In this document: piece after piece, positions 27,526-36,419 of the stretch
How the letters are laid out: each line of letters starts with the position of its first letter
How positions within the stretch are numbered: the first letter of the stretch is position 1
IMG/VR virus record: IMGVR_UViG_2565956718_000004
Length of the DNA: 49,168 nucleotides
Direction: 5' to 3' (one strand)
Source: a virus
Taxonomy: Duplodnaviria > Heunggongvirae > Uroviricota > Caudoviricetes
Made by a program: the position numbers and the translations under genes
Notes under the pieces: generated by a model
Seen by the model: the letters and a program-made list of their open reading frames with translations, nothing else
Told to the model about the DNA's origin: nothing
Database searches by the model: none

Positions 27526-28575
27526 TCAAACGATTAAATCCTGAACTTCCCTGACTGTCTGCTCAAAACGTCCGGTCTCCTGTTCAACGCCAATCGCACG
27601 ACGCCCGAGCGCCAGTGCAGCTTTTACCGTTGAACCTGAGCCCATAAAAAAATCTGCAACCAGGTCACCCGGACGACTGCTTGCGCTGATTATCTGCTGC
27701 AGCATTTCTGCCGGTTTTTCGCACGGATGTTTCCCGGGATAGAACTGCACCGGTTTATGTGTCCACACATCCGTGTACGGCACCTGCGCCGTCACACCAA
27801 AATACCGCCGCAGATGCTTATATTCACTCTGCAGCTCCACATACTGCCGGTTCAGTGACGTATACGTATCCACCAGCTGGTGGTGGGGCTTTTCCAGTTC
27901 ACCGCGCTGATGTTTCTCTTCTGCCACCCGGGCAAACAGCGACTGTAATTTCAGATAATCGCTTTCGTTCGGTAGCTGCCACTGACTGGCACTGAACCAG
28001 TGCGACACCATGTTTTTCTTTCCTGTGGCATCTGCAATCTGTTTTGCCGTTATCCCCAGGGCCGCGCGCGCATCACGAAAGTAAGAAATCAGCGGGGCCA
28101 TCACATGCTGTTTCAGTGCACTGCCCTTCGCCGCATACCCGGCATCTTTCGGACGATACGGCCCCTGATAATGTTCCGCGAACAGAATGCGCTCTGTGGC
28201 GGGGAAATACGCCCGCAGGCTTTCCTTGTTGCATCCGTTCCAGCGTCCGGACGGCTTCGCCCAGATAATATGGTTCAGCACACAGAAGCGTTCACGCATC
28301 ATGATTTCGATATCAGATGCCAGGCGATGACCACAGAACAGGTAAAGACTTCCGACAGGTTTCAGCACCCGCCAGAACTGCGCCAGACACTGGTCCAGCC
28401 ACTTCAGGTAATCATCGTCGCCCTTCCACTGGTTATCCCAGCCCTCAGGCTTCACTTTAAAGTACGGCGGGTCCGTGACTATCAGGTCAACAGAATTTTC
28501 GGGTAACGACCGGATAAATTCCAGGCAGTCGGCGTTGATTAACTCACAACTGGATATTTTTACAGTATTAAGCAT
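27526..28575 (-). CDS. DNA methyltransferase (amino-MTase; VTDPPY motif)
   Basis: 349-aa ORF with motif IV DPPY near the N-terminus and a C-terminal SAM-binding FxGxG-like segment (FFMGSGST). Confidence 0.8.
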   Translation of the reverse strand: MLNTVKISSCELINADCLEFIRSLPENSVDLIVTDPPYFKVKPEGWDNQWKGDDDYLKWLDQCLAQFWRVLKPVGSLYLFCGHRLASDIEIMMRERFCVLNHIIWAKPSGRWNGCNKESLRAYFPATERILFAEHYQGPYRPKDAGYAAKGSALKQHVMAPLISYFRDARAALGITAKQIADATGKKNMVSHWFSASQWQLPNESDYLKLQSLFARVAEEKHQRGELEKPHHQLVDTYTSLNRQYVELQSEYKHLRRYFGVTAQVPYTDVWTHKPVQFYPGKHPCEKPAEMLQQIISASSRPGDLVADFFMGSGSTVKAALALGRRAIGVEQETGRFEQTVREVQDLIV

Positions 28576-28715
28576 GGATCATTAAGCCTGTCTCTGATAG
28601 GCTCATTCTGCTTTTGCGCAAAGCAGTGGGCCTGAGGTTTGCTTGTGAACCCAACGCATGAGCAGATGGCTGGTGGGTGCCCCTAACACCCACCAGCCGC
28701 CCATTTACCACAAAT

Positions 28716-28739
28716 AAAAAAGCCTTCACTGCGGAAGGC
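28716..28739 (-). terminator. intrinsic terminator after the small HTH gene
   Basis: Minus-strand hairpin GCCTTC-CGCAGT-GAAGGC followed by TTTTTTATTTG; overlaps the gene's stop codon. Confidence 0.55.
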
Positions 28740-28923
28740 GTCTGTAACAACCGAACTGATAGTCTGCCAGACCCGCCATAACCAGCTGGGTCAGTATTAA
28801 CTGGCAGCGTTCGCGTGAAAGGTAAGTATTCTGCGCTATCTCCCCGACTGTCGCCGGTTCGGTAACGCTTAATTCATTAAACACCACTCTGGCGGTTTCT
28901 GTCATATCCTGCTGTTTTAGCAT
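28726..28923 (-). CDS. small winged-helix-like DNA-binding protein
   Basis: 65-aa ORF from MLKQQDMTE with RBS AAGGGA; lies between two terminators. Confidence 0.45.
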   Translation of the reverse strand: MLKQQDMTETARVVFNELSVTEPATVGEIAQNTYLSRERCQLILTQLVMAGLADYQFGCYRRLPQ

Positions 28924-29044
28924 GTCTTTTTCCCTTTTCCGGTTAACGTGACACACCAATAACTCTTGTCGAAAAAGCCAGCAAGCTGAAAGACAGGTAT
29001 TCACCGCCACCAGCGCGTTTACTGTACTGACGCGATTTCAGTCA

Positions 29045-29068
29045 TAAAAAACCCGCCAGGCGGCGGGG
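29045..29068 (-). terminator. tR'-like intrinsic terminator downstream of Q
   Basis: Minus-strand hairpin CCCGCC-GCCT-GGCGGG followed by T6. Confidence 0.6.
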
Positions 29069-29116
29069 TGTAAAAAATCTTCTAACGTCAGGCATAAAAC
29101 GCCCATCGTTAGAGCA

Positions 29117-29144
29117 AATTTACCACAGATTCGGGAAAAATCAA
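29117..29144 (-). promoter_or_regulatory. candidate late promoter (pR'-like)
   Basis: Minus-strand TTGATT, 16-bp spacer, TAAATT immediately after the Q stop, ~50 nt upstream of the tR'-like hairpin. Confidence 0.35.
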
Positions 29145-29149
29145 CAACA

Positions 29150-29971
29150 CTATCGCGTTACCCTCTTTAACTGCCGCTCCGCCCATGCCTCTTCAATGTC
29201 AAACCGAACCACCAACGTATCGTAAAAGCGTTTCACTGATTTTTTCCACGTATCAAGCGTGATAGCACTCGTCACTTTGCATATGGCATTAAATGCCTCC
29301 GTTGATGGTAGTCTTTCACAGCCACGACCACCACAACGCTGGCAGTCTCTGATAACAGGCATACCACGTTTTACCGACTCTTCACGATGAATGGCGACAC
29401 CACGCCCACGGCAATCCTTACAGGCGGTGGAAATCTCCCCCTTCCCTTTACATTCAGGACAAGACACTTTCACCACCTCCCGATTTTTTTTCCATTCTTC
29501 CCAGTAAGACGGATACACACCTTTCGTACACTTTGCCCATACCGGCGGCTTACCATCCGGATACTGGACCTTGTTTGTAAAAACTACGCTTTCAATAAAT
29601 TTTTCCCCATAGCAACAAGGGCACTGCTTTTTACTCGCTGCGCTGCGGGCATAATCCTCAAAAGCGTACGAAGCCATAATGCGCATCACTACCGGTTTTA
29701 TTTCTGCCGGGAGTTTTCTTAACGCCGCCACGCGATCACACCGACTGAGTGCATATTCTGTCAGCAATTCTGTTGCCCGCTCTCTGTCATTCATACTAAT
29801 GCCCATTTTCCCAAGGAACGCAGAAAACCCCATCTCAGCCCGATTCTGTGTCATGCCCTGCGCGGCCATCACATCAGTGATACTCAGCGCATCTTTCGAC
29901 GTTGAGGCCGATGCATCAGTCAGGCCGGGGGATTTTGGGGAGTAGTATTTCGGTAAATCTTCCAGTTTCAT
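29150..29971 (-). CDS. antitermination protein Q-like, with DnaJ-type CxxCxGxG zinc-finger repeats
   Basis: 273-aa ORF after rusA; CPECKGKGE, CKDCRGRGV, CQRCGGRGC repeats; followed by the promoter/terminator unit. Confidence 0.55.
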   Translation of the reverse strand: MKLEDLPKYYSPKSPGLTDASASTSKDALSITDVMAAQGMTQNRAEMGFSAFLGKMGISMNDRERATELLTEYALSRCDRVAALRKLPAEIKPVVMRIMASYAFEDYARSAASKKQCPCCYGEKFIESVVFTNKVQYPDGKPPVWAKCTKGVYPSYWEEWKKNREVVKVSCPECKGKGEISTACKDCRGRGVAIHREESVKRGMPVIRDCQRCGGRGCERLPSTEAFNAICKVTSAITLDTWKKSVKRFYDTLVVRFDIEEAWAERQLKRVTR

Positions 29972-30348
29972 TTTTTGACCTGCTCTTCATGCATTATGGG
30001 GTAAATCTTCACCCCCAGACGTCCACCAGATACTGGCTGACCACGAACGATATTGATTTCATCAAACTGCTCATCGTCCATTAGCAACCCCGCATGCGTC
30101 AGCGCATCCAGCGGCGCTTTCAGAATATTGTCCAGGTCACGGCGGCGCTTATCCGGTGGTTCTGCAATAATTTTTATTGCCAACCTTCCGGACAGGCTTA
30201 ATTTCAGCCGCTGCTGGCGAACAATAAGCGCCACTGCCCGGCGATAACGCTCCCCGGCTTTTGATACAAAATATGTGCTGCCACGACGACGCCAGTAAGT
30301 GTTCACCGTTGGCGGGTAAGGCAAAACAAATTCTATGCGTTCAGTCAT
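29968..30348 (-). CDS. rusA: crossover junction endodeoxyribonuclease RusA
   Basis: 126-aa ORF; MTERIEFVLPYPPTVNTYW... with RRRDLDN motif typical of RusA. Confidence 0.9.
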   Translation of the reverse strand: MTERIEFVLPYPPTVNTYWRRRGSTYFVSKAGERYRRAVALIVRQQRLKLSLSGRLAIKIIAEPPDKRRRDLDNILKAPLDALTHAGLLMDDEQFDEINIVRGQPVSGGRLGVKIYPIMHEEQVKK

Positions 30349-31404
30349 TTATGCTTTCCACTTCAGAACACCCGAATTTCTCGCGTGCATTAAAAAACGA
30401 ATCAGCAACAACAGCTGGCTGCCGTGTTTTTCTTCATAATCTTTTACCCCGGCGTGTAGTTCGCTATGGCATTTACGGCACAGCGGAATAACAAACAAAT
30501 CATCAGCCTTTGTTCCCATCCCTCCCAGTCCATGACCAATGATGTGATGCGGATCATCTGCCTGATTGCCACACGTCATGCATTTCTGCGTTTTTACCCA
30601 GCGCGTGTATACAGGCATCTCTTCCCGTTGTGATTTCTGGCGCTGGAGATACTGAGCCGGTGACTCGGGATCAACGGCAATGCTGACCACCGTCTTTTCC
30701 TGTGGCGGGTTTTGCTGGTGGGCGTGAGGCAGCGGCGCAAGATTTTTTGTGCGCTGCTTCAGTATGCTGGTGGCGGTCTGCTCTCCCGGTACGATGTCGC
30801 TTTCACGGTACATTGAGCGGATTTTTTCCGCACGCAACCCCAGCGAACGACGTAATACCGCTTCCGGTAGCGCGTCCGCCACCTGATTGCGGACCGCCCA
30901 CCAGGATAATTCAGCCAGCGATAATTCCCGTTCCTGCGAGCCATTCATTGCATGGCGTATGACGTCAATCATCCATGCAGACAGGTTTTGGTGAGCAAGT
31001 TGCCCGAGTGATTCGGATGTCTGGTCGCGCAGCTGGTTGTCGCAGTGCCAGCACAACACCATTGCGCCGGTACCATAACGGTGAATGACGGTTTCACTGT
31101 GGTGATAATCACCGTGTGGCCACTGGCAGGATTTAACATGGCGCAGTAACCAGTCAGACAATGCGCCAGCGCCACCAGCAGCACGAATCACTCGTTCGTC
31201 GCTGAAAAATGGCAGTAATGATTTATCCTCCGCCAGCGGCTGGCGAACGGCAGGAACGACCCCGGACGGCAGATTACGCATGCTTTTCGGTTCCGGCTCC
31301 ACCAGTACCCGGGTATTGTGGAATACCGGCATGGATTCACGGCCCGGCTTAACGATCACCAGCCCGAGTTCCGGTACCAGAACAGGTCGAAGTAATACCC
31401 GCAC
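30349..31404 (-). CDS. DUF968-family phage protein (YdfU-like) with C-terminal HNH-like zinc-binding motif
   Basis: 351-aa ORF; C-terminal CMTCGN...HHIIGHGLGGMGTKADD...CRKCH; position upstream of rusA/Q as in Qin-like prophages. Confidence 0.65.
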   Translation of the reverse strand: MRVLLRPVLVPELGLVIVKPGRESMPVFHNTRVLVEPEPKSMRNLPSGVVPAVRQPLAEDKSLLPFFSDERVIRAAGGAGALSDWLLRHVKSCQWPHGDYHHSETVIHRYGTGAMVLCWHCDNQLRDQTSESLGQLAHQNLSAWMIDVIRHAMNGSQERELSLAELSWWAVRNQVADALPEAVLRRSLGLRAEKIRSMYRESDIVPGEQTATSILKQRTKNLAPLPHAHQQNPPQEKTVVSIAVDPESPAQYLQRQKSQREEMPVYTRWVKTQKCMTCGNQADDPHHIIGHGLGGMGTKADDLFVIPLCRKCHSELHAGVKDYEEKHGSQLLLLIRFLMHARNSGVLKWKA

Positions 31405-31405
31405 G

Positions 31406-31684
31406 TTACCTCCAGATGCGTTGCTGGAATGTGCGGGACGGACGCGGTGGTCGTTCGGAGTAAGGAAGCCTGACGGAGATTATCCAGTGACGATAATCGA
31501 GGCTGAGGGCTTTCTTAATCTCGTATCCGTGTCTGCGGTAGCACTGAATTAGCCACTCGGCCTGTTCTTCAGTGCATGGGGGATGCTGGAACCAGTCAGA
31601 TTTGAAAGTGCGGGAACGCCGCCCGTGCCTGCTGGCAGGGGCGGCAGAGTTATCCGAATTGTAAAATTTGGTATCGTGCGCCAT
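31406..31684 (-). CDS. hypothetical protein
   Basis: 92-aa product from internal MAHDTKFYN; weak RBS; upstream part of the track ORF looks non-coding. Confidence 0.4.
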   Translation of the reverse strand: MAHDTKFYNSDNSAAPASRHGRRSRTFKSDWFQHPPCTEEQAEWLIQCYRRHGYEIKKALSLDYRHWIISVRLPYSERPPRPSRTFQQRIWR

Positions 31685-31851
31685 CTGTTTTCTCTGCTGG
31701 CGCAGCAGGTGCCAGTTGTTCAGGCTGACGGATGGATTGTAAACCAGAACGACCAGAAAAAACAAAACCCGCCGAAGCGGGTTAAGTGCGGGTGCGTTGA
31801 GGATGCCTGACACATCAGCGGTGGCGAGGGATTTCTCCCCCGCCGGGTCTC

Positions 31852-32007
31852 TTACTCCTCAGGTTCGTAAGCTGTGAAGACAGCGACCTCCGTCTGGCCG
31901 GTTCGGATTCGTACCTCGCAGAGGTCTTTCCTCGTTACCAGTGCCGTCACTATGACGGTTAAACAGATGACGATCAGGGCGATTAACATCGCCTTTTGCT
32001 GCTTCAT
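31852..32007 (-). CDS. hok: Hok/Gef family type I toxin
   Basis: 51-aa MKQQKAMLIALIVICLTVIVTALVTRKDLCEVRIRTGQTEVAVFTAYEPEE, the classic Hok sequence pattern. Confidence 0.85.
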   Translation of the reverse strand: MKQQKAMLIALIVICLTVIVTALVTRKDLCEVRIRTGQTEVAVFTAYEPEE

Positions 32008-32160
32008 AGCCTGCTTCTCCTTGACCTTTCGGTCCGTAAGAGGCTAATCTCTATGTGTCGCATAGATATGGCCTCAGATTAATGTTAAGCGTCTTGCAGG
32101 ACGCGTAATGTTAACTGGGGCTTTTCTCTATCTGCCTTTTGGTGTTCATGCCTGAGACAG
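32008..32160. other. hok mRNA leader / expected mok-sok regulatory region
   Basis: Structured region immediately upstream of hok where hok/sok loci carry the overlapping mok frame and antisense Sok RNA; exact sok ends not resolved. Confidence 0.4.
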
Positions 32161-32265
32161 ATAGCCTCAAGCACCCGCAGTCATTCTACTTAACTAAGAT
32201 TTCCCCGCAAACCGTTTTTGTCCGGCACAGTAAATATCCAACTAAACCAATGGCGTTCGCTGTAT

Positions 32266-32445
32266 TTACCGCCAGTATTCAATGCACATGACCGCCATGA
32301 ACACCCCTAAAAAAAGGGCATTTATATATCCAAATATTAATATCAAAACATCAACTTTTTCCATATACCTTGCTGTGAAGATGATGGGCATACATGATAC
32401 GAACAACCAGAACGCAACAAACAAAAACTGCAATGCGTTTTTCAT
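32266..32445 (-). CDS. small hydrophobic membrane protein (59 aa)
   Basis: Perfect RBS AGGAGG 7 nt upstream of ATG; MKNALQFLFVAFWLFVSCMPIIF...; AT-rich context. Confidence 0.5.
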   Translation of the reverse strand: MKNALQFLFVAFWLFVSCMPIIFTARYMEKVDVLILIFGYINALFLGVFMAVMCIEYWR

Positions 32446-32674
32446 TATTCCTCCTACAATCAATGTGCAATTACATTTAAACACACCTCAATTTGGCCGG
32501 ACATATAAATATCTAAACCAGAAAAAATCACTTACATAGCGTTACAAACTCTTTAGTCTAAATATTCATCGTAAAACATTCCCCATACTTATCAGCCCGT
32601 TCTGCGCCAGGTAGCTCATTGCCTTATCTGGGAATCTGTAATCAGGTTTCCGGATGCTGGTGGATTTTCGCGTT

Positions 32675-32932
32675 TTAGTTGTTCATAAAAGTGCACAGCT
32701 TTAACCAGTTCTTCTGATGTAACCGGGACTGGCGGGGCAGTGAATAAGGCCTGAATTTCATAGTTCGGCCTGTCGTTACAATCCTCTTTTTTCGGTACAT
32801 ATTTCCAGTCACCAGACCACTACTTCCCCTGAAAGTCCGTAACGCCTTTTTTTTCACGTAGCGATATCGCCATGCCACTGTTTTTGCTTGCCCCGCCGTT
32901 TCATGCCCTTCCTGATAATTAACCTCGCTCAT
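32675..32932 (-). pseudogene. Ead/Ea22-like gene remnant with disrupted reading frame
   Basis: Starts MSEVNYQEG like the conserved Ead/Ea22 start; protein-like sequence continues only in the -1 frame after an in-frame TAG; A-rich homopolymers. Confidence 0.3.
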
Positions 32933-33105
32933 TCATCGCCCCACTCATCACAATATGCTTCGACCGGAGTTTTTCCTGCTTCATAATCATCACGCCATGC
33001 TTCAGCATCAGCAGCACTGCCACCACGTAACTCTGCATAGTCCATTAACAGTTCATGCCATGCTTCAAAACTGACGTTGTATTTAGTTGAACCAAAATCA
33101 GCCAT
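32929..33105 (-). CDS. hypothetical protein (58 aa)
   Basis: ATG overlaps the stop of the upstream 60-aa gene (ATGGCTGA); RBS GAGGAAG. Confidence 0.45.
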   Translation of the reverse strand: MADFGSTKYNVSFEAWHELLMDYAELRGGSAADAEAWRDDYEAGKTPVEAYCDEWGDE

Positions 33106-33280
33106 TTTGCTCTTCCTCTTCGTCTTTTATTTCGTGATATGAGTAATTGCAGTAGTTAAAGAAAATATCTTTTGCTTCGTCATGTATTTCATCAGGCGTC
33201 GCATCATCATCCACTTCGAATTCATCCTCGAAATCTCCACCGGCTATTCCCGTTTCAATAATTATTTTAAACTTTCGCAT
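33098..33280 (-). CDS. hypothetical acidic protein (60 aa)
   Basis: 60-aa ORF rich in D/E, coupled to the downstream 58-aa gene. Confidence 0.45.
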   Translation of the reverse strand: MRKFKIIIETGIAGGDFEDEFEVDDDATPDEIHDEAKDIFFNYCNYSYHEIKDEEEEQNG

Positions 33281-33373
33281 TTAACTACCGCCCTTTCGGG
33301 CGGCCTCCTGATGTTCTGAGGGTGCAGAAATCCCTCCGGTTAAGGATTAAATTTTTAACAGAGCTAAATTTAA

Positions 33374-33730
33374 TTATTCAGTTCTGGATTTTGTCGCCCT
33401 GCGTATCCGCGCTTTCGCGTTACGCTCAATCTGAATTAGCTTTTCTATATTTTTTCGCCTTTCCTGTTCCTCCTGGCGCAATAGCCTTACATCATCTGCC
33501 AGTCTGGTTTCTCTTTTCGCCACAGAGAGCATCCAGTCAAATGGTTCCACAACTGCACCGCAGATTTTACAGCGGACCTGACGCTCTTTTTCGTCAACCC
33601 GGACAGAGGCGTGATGACAATATGGTCTTTCCGATGGCTCATAAAGAAAATTAACCTGATTACGAGGGTCATCCTCTTTTACCGGAAATAAAACGATATT
33701 ACTTAACTCATCCTCTGGTTTTATTTCCAT
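33374..33730 (-). CDS. zinc-ribbon protein of unknown function
   Basis: 118-aa product from MEIKPEDEL with RBS AGGAGAGGAG; CHH...CKIC motif; C-terminal basic coiled-coil. Confidence 0.55.
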   Translation of the reverse strand: MEIKPEDELSNIVLFPVKEDDPRNQVNFLYEPSERPYCHHASVRVDEKERQVRCKICGAVVEPFDWMLSVAKRETRLADDVRLLRQEEQERRKNIEKLIQIERNAKARIRRATKSRTE

Positions 33731-33851
33731 GCTCCTCTCCTTTGATGCGAATGCCAGCGGTAATTGAAGCCTGATAGCTAATTTCACTCACAGTACCGCC
33801 TCCTGAAAATTTAATGAACAATTCAATACGTTCTTTGGTAATAGTGGTCAT
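33708..33851 (-). CDS. small mosaic ORF (47 aa)
   Basis: RBS AAGGAG; MTTITKERIELFIKFSGGGTV-SEISYQA-SITAGIRIKGEEHGNKTRG joins segments resembling the ends of neighbouring genes. Confidence 0.35.
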   Translation of the reverse strand: MTTITKERIELFIKFSGGGTVSEISYQASITAGIRIKGEEHGNKTRG

Positions 33852-33861
33852 GTGTTACTCC

Positions 33862-34125
33862 TTAACCCGCAGTGCTTTCAACTGATGAGGGGAACAAAAT
33901 CTTTTCATCAAACCCTGCATTCATATCATGAACAGCAACACACCAATCCATCGACGAACGATTATCAAGAGCCTCCATGATTTCATCCATGCGGCGCAGG
34001 TCATACAGGTAAATGCTTTTATCGCCAATGGTGTAAAAACCAATTTTTTTCGGTGATGGGCAGCGATCAAGAACGTCCTGTAATTCGTTCAACCATGCCC
34101 GTTCTTTTTTTGTTAAAGTTGCCAT
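33862..34125 (-). CDS. hypothetical protein (87 aa)
   Basis: Start at MATLTKKERAWL with RBS AGGAGAG. Confidence 0.55.
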   Translation of the reverse strand: MATLTKKERAWLNELQDVLDRCPSPKKIGFYTIGDKSIYLYDLRRMDEIMEALDNRSSMDWCVAVHDMNAGFDEKILFPSSVESTAG

Positions 34126-34126
34126 A

Positions 34127-34534
34127 TCACTCTCCTTTCCCATGAAGCATAGCGGCGCGGCAGGCGTTCCATATTTCGGCAGCAATATCGCGCTCGCTAT
34201 CGGTTAATTTGTACGTGGAAACATAGCCAGAGAGCATTTCTACGTTTTCCGGAGTTGCTTCTTCCGGCACTATCGGCGCTGGAGGGGCGGCAAATAGATA
34301 TCCGCCAAAGTCAGGAAGCTCTCCAATGGCCTGTACGAACTTTTGTTTGCCTACGTCAACTCCTAATGGGTAATGAGCTATAATCTTTGCCACCGGCTCT
34401 GCTTCCAGCGATACCAGTGCAATTCGTGCCAGTTCTTCCGCTTCTTCTGCTGGCAGTACAACGTTGCTACCCGGTCCGTATGTTTCGCGCCACTGCTTGA
34501 TTGTCAGCAGTCGCCCTTTGGTAATAGTGATCAT
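34127..34534 (-). CDS. hypothetical protein (135 aa)
   Basis: 135-aa ORF tightly packed in the operon; MITITKGRLLTIKQW... Confidence 0.55.
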   Translation of the reverse strand: MITITKGRLLTIKQWRETYGPGSNVVLPAEEAEELARIALVSLEAEPVAKIIAHYPLGVDVGKQKFVQAIGELPDFGGYLFAAPPAPIVPEEATPENVEMLSGYVSTYKLTDSERDIAAEIWNACRAAMLHGKGE

Positions 34535-35046
34535 GCCGCGTTTCCTTCTTTCTTATTAACAATCACACCGTCATATATTTCATTAAGGTGCCCTCTCAAC
34601 TCCATGCGCCTTAATGCAGATAACATGTAATCGCATTCAACCTGCTTATTCCCAGTAAATGGCTTATCGTCAGGATTACCCCAACAGCAATTACCCCTGG
34701 GCCATCCATGTACTTTCCGTACTCTTCCGTTAACAACGTGAAGTAATCCCCAGCCGGGAGGTAAATCCTCAACTGAAATAATTTCCGGCTCACTAATAAA
34801 GAATCGCCAGTCGCCCATGCCAAGTGAGGGATTTTTACGGAAACGCTTTTTTCTATCTGCCAACAAGTCAGCACGAGAACACTTCGCCTCTATCAGGCAT
34901 GATGCTGAATTTCTGAATCCCATAGCATCTGGCTGTTCTCCGGTACTGGTTACAGCAACAAAGCGGTCATGAAAGCAAACCTTGAACCCGTTGCGCTTAA
35001 GGAACTTGTACGCAATCTGACAGAGTTCGCGGTGTGTTAACGCCAT
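34531..35046 (-). CDS. hypothetical protein, possible PD-(D/E)xK-type nuclease
   Basis: 171-aa ORF; segment EQPDAMGF...CLIEAKCSR resembles a D...E.K nuclease motif (inference only). Confidence 0.45.
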   Translation of the reverse strand: MALTHRELCQIAYKFLKRNGFKVCFHDRFVAVTSTGEQPDAMGFRNSASCLIEAKCSRADLLADRKKRFRKNPSLGMGDWRFFISEPEIISVEDLPPGWGLLHVVNGRVRKVHGWPRGNCCWGNPDDKPFTGNKQVECDYMLSALRRMELRGHLNEIYDGVIVNKKEGNAA

Positions 35047-35047
35047 A

Positions 35048-35797
35048 TCACTCTCCTTTGATGCGAATGCCAGCGGCGCGGATTGCAGCGATGACTTCAG
35101 AAACTTTGTATGCCATTACCGTTTGGTAATCATCGTGAAAATCTGTTCGATGAAGCATGCTGCTACGTTCCGGGAGCGATATTTCCCGAGCATCCAGTTC
35201 CTTAACGCGTTCCTCCAGTTCGTAGACCCTGCATTGTTCTCTATCATCAATCAGATATAACCCAAGACATTCGCTTTCTACCCAACCGCCAAAATCATGA
35301 TCGTAACGCTCACATGAAAACTCACCGTCACCGTCCTTTGTTGGAATGGTGTAACTATCTAATGGGCCACCATATGTCGGCACATTCCCCAATGTTGGAT
35401 GCTCAATCCACATGAAAAATGCACGTCCGGTTATTGGGCAAATATCTGGCCGCCATTGGTTACGAACAGCCTTGGTTTCGGATAATTCTTCAGCGTGTTG
35501 TTTTACTTCCTCAAGCTCAACTCTCAGCTTCCCTACCGTTAGCGCAATATCCTCGTTCTCCTGGTCGCGGCGTTTGATGTATTGCTGGTTCCTTTCCCGT
35601 TCATCCAGTAGTGCCAGCACGGTTTCTGGTCCGGTCAGAAATTTGAAGGCATTGAGCGCATCAATATCCACACCGTAATCTTTAAGTTCCTGTTCACTTA
35701 ACAAATCATCATCAGTTGGCAACATTAACAGGCGTTCCATTGCTGGAATTGCACGTTCTGCTGCCTCACGCAGTGCCTGGTAATTAATTTCGCTCAC
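35048..35797 (-). CDS. Ead/Ea22-like protein
   Basis: 249-aa ORF from GTG with RBS AAGGAGG; N-terminus (M)SEINYQALREAAERA is the Ead/Ea22 pattern; acidic coiled-coil. Confidence 0.6.
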   Translation of the reverse strand: MSEINYQALREAAERAIPAMERLLMLPTDDDLLSEQELKDYGVDIDALNAFKFLTGPETVLALLDERERNQQYIKRRDQENEDIALTVGKLRVELEEVKQHAEELSETKAVRNQWRPDICPITGRAFFMWIEHPTLGNVPTYGGPLDSYTIPTKDGDGEFSCERYDHDFGGWVESECLGLYLIDDREQCRVYELEERVKELDAREISLPERSSMLHRTDFHDDYQTVMAYKVSEVIAAIRAAGIRIKGE

Positions 35798-36237
35798 TGG
35801 TTGCCTCCTTTGCGAAGCTCTGCGGCTAAATACTCCAACGCCATTACCGGGACGCCAACAAGCACAGTTCCTTTAAACTTCTTATGCAGGTGCTCGATAG
35901 CTGTATCCACGCCCTGCGCCCGTACTTCAGCCAGGAAAGCATCGGTGGCCGGAGTTTCAGGAATCCGTCTCCTCATCAGTTCTATTGCATGATTGAACCC
36001 GAAATCTTCAGCAAGAGATACGTCATCCATATTGTCATTGTCGTCCTCAATATCCCGTGGTTCTGGAATTGCAGACTTTATTACCGCATTCTCCGCCGCC
36101 AGCGCCGCGCACTTGGCCTCAAGAGCGGCAACCACTTCCTGATGGTCTTTGTACTTAACGTATGAGCCGGAGATGTCATCACCTTCGGTGTTTAGCCATG
36201 CGTCATTGCAATTCACTGCGTAGGTTCTGATGCTCAT
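35794..36237 (-). CDS. hypothetical protein (147 aa)
   Basis: Start at MSIRTYAVNCNDAW with RBS GGGAGAG. Confidence 0.5.
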   Translation of the reverse strand: MSIRTYAVNCNDAWLNTEGDDISGSYVKYKDHQEVVAALEAKCAALAAENAVIKSAIPEPRDIEDDNDNMDDVSLAEDFGFNHAIELMRRRIPETPATDAFLAEVRAQGVDTAIEHLHKKFKGTVLVGVPVMALEYLAAELRKGGNQ

Positions 36238-36419
36238 GTTGATGCTCTCCCGCCCCTGACAGACGCCAGGCCAGTCAATAAAGTATCCGCACAATGCCTA
36301 CCCTCAGACGTGCGCGCAGGATAAATGCCGTTATGACCCGGCAAAATATATGCTACCCATTCATCTTGCGTTGCCTGTTCCGCCGCCTCGCGCAGTGCCT
36401 GATAGTCAATCTTGCTCAC
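36234..36419 (-). CDS. Ead/Ea22-like N-terminal fragment ORF (61 aa)
   Basis: GTG start with RBS AAGGAGG; first 16 aa (M)SKIDYQALREAAEQA Ead-like, remainder unrelated and overlapping the next gene. Confidence 0.3.
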   Translation of the reverse strand: MSKIDYQALREAAEQATQDEWVAYILPGHNGIYPARTSEGRHCADTLLTGLASVRGGRAST

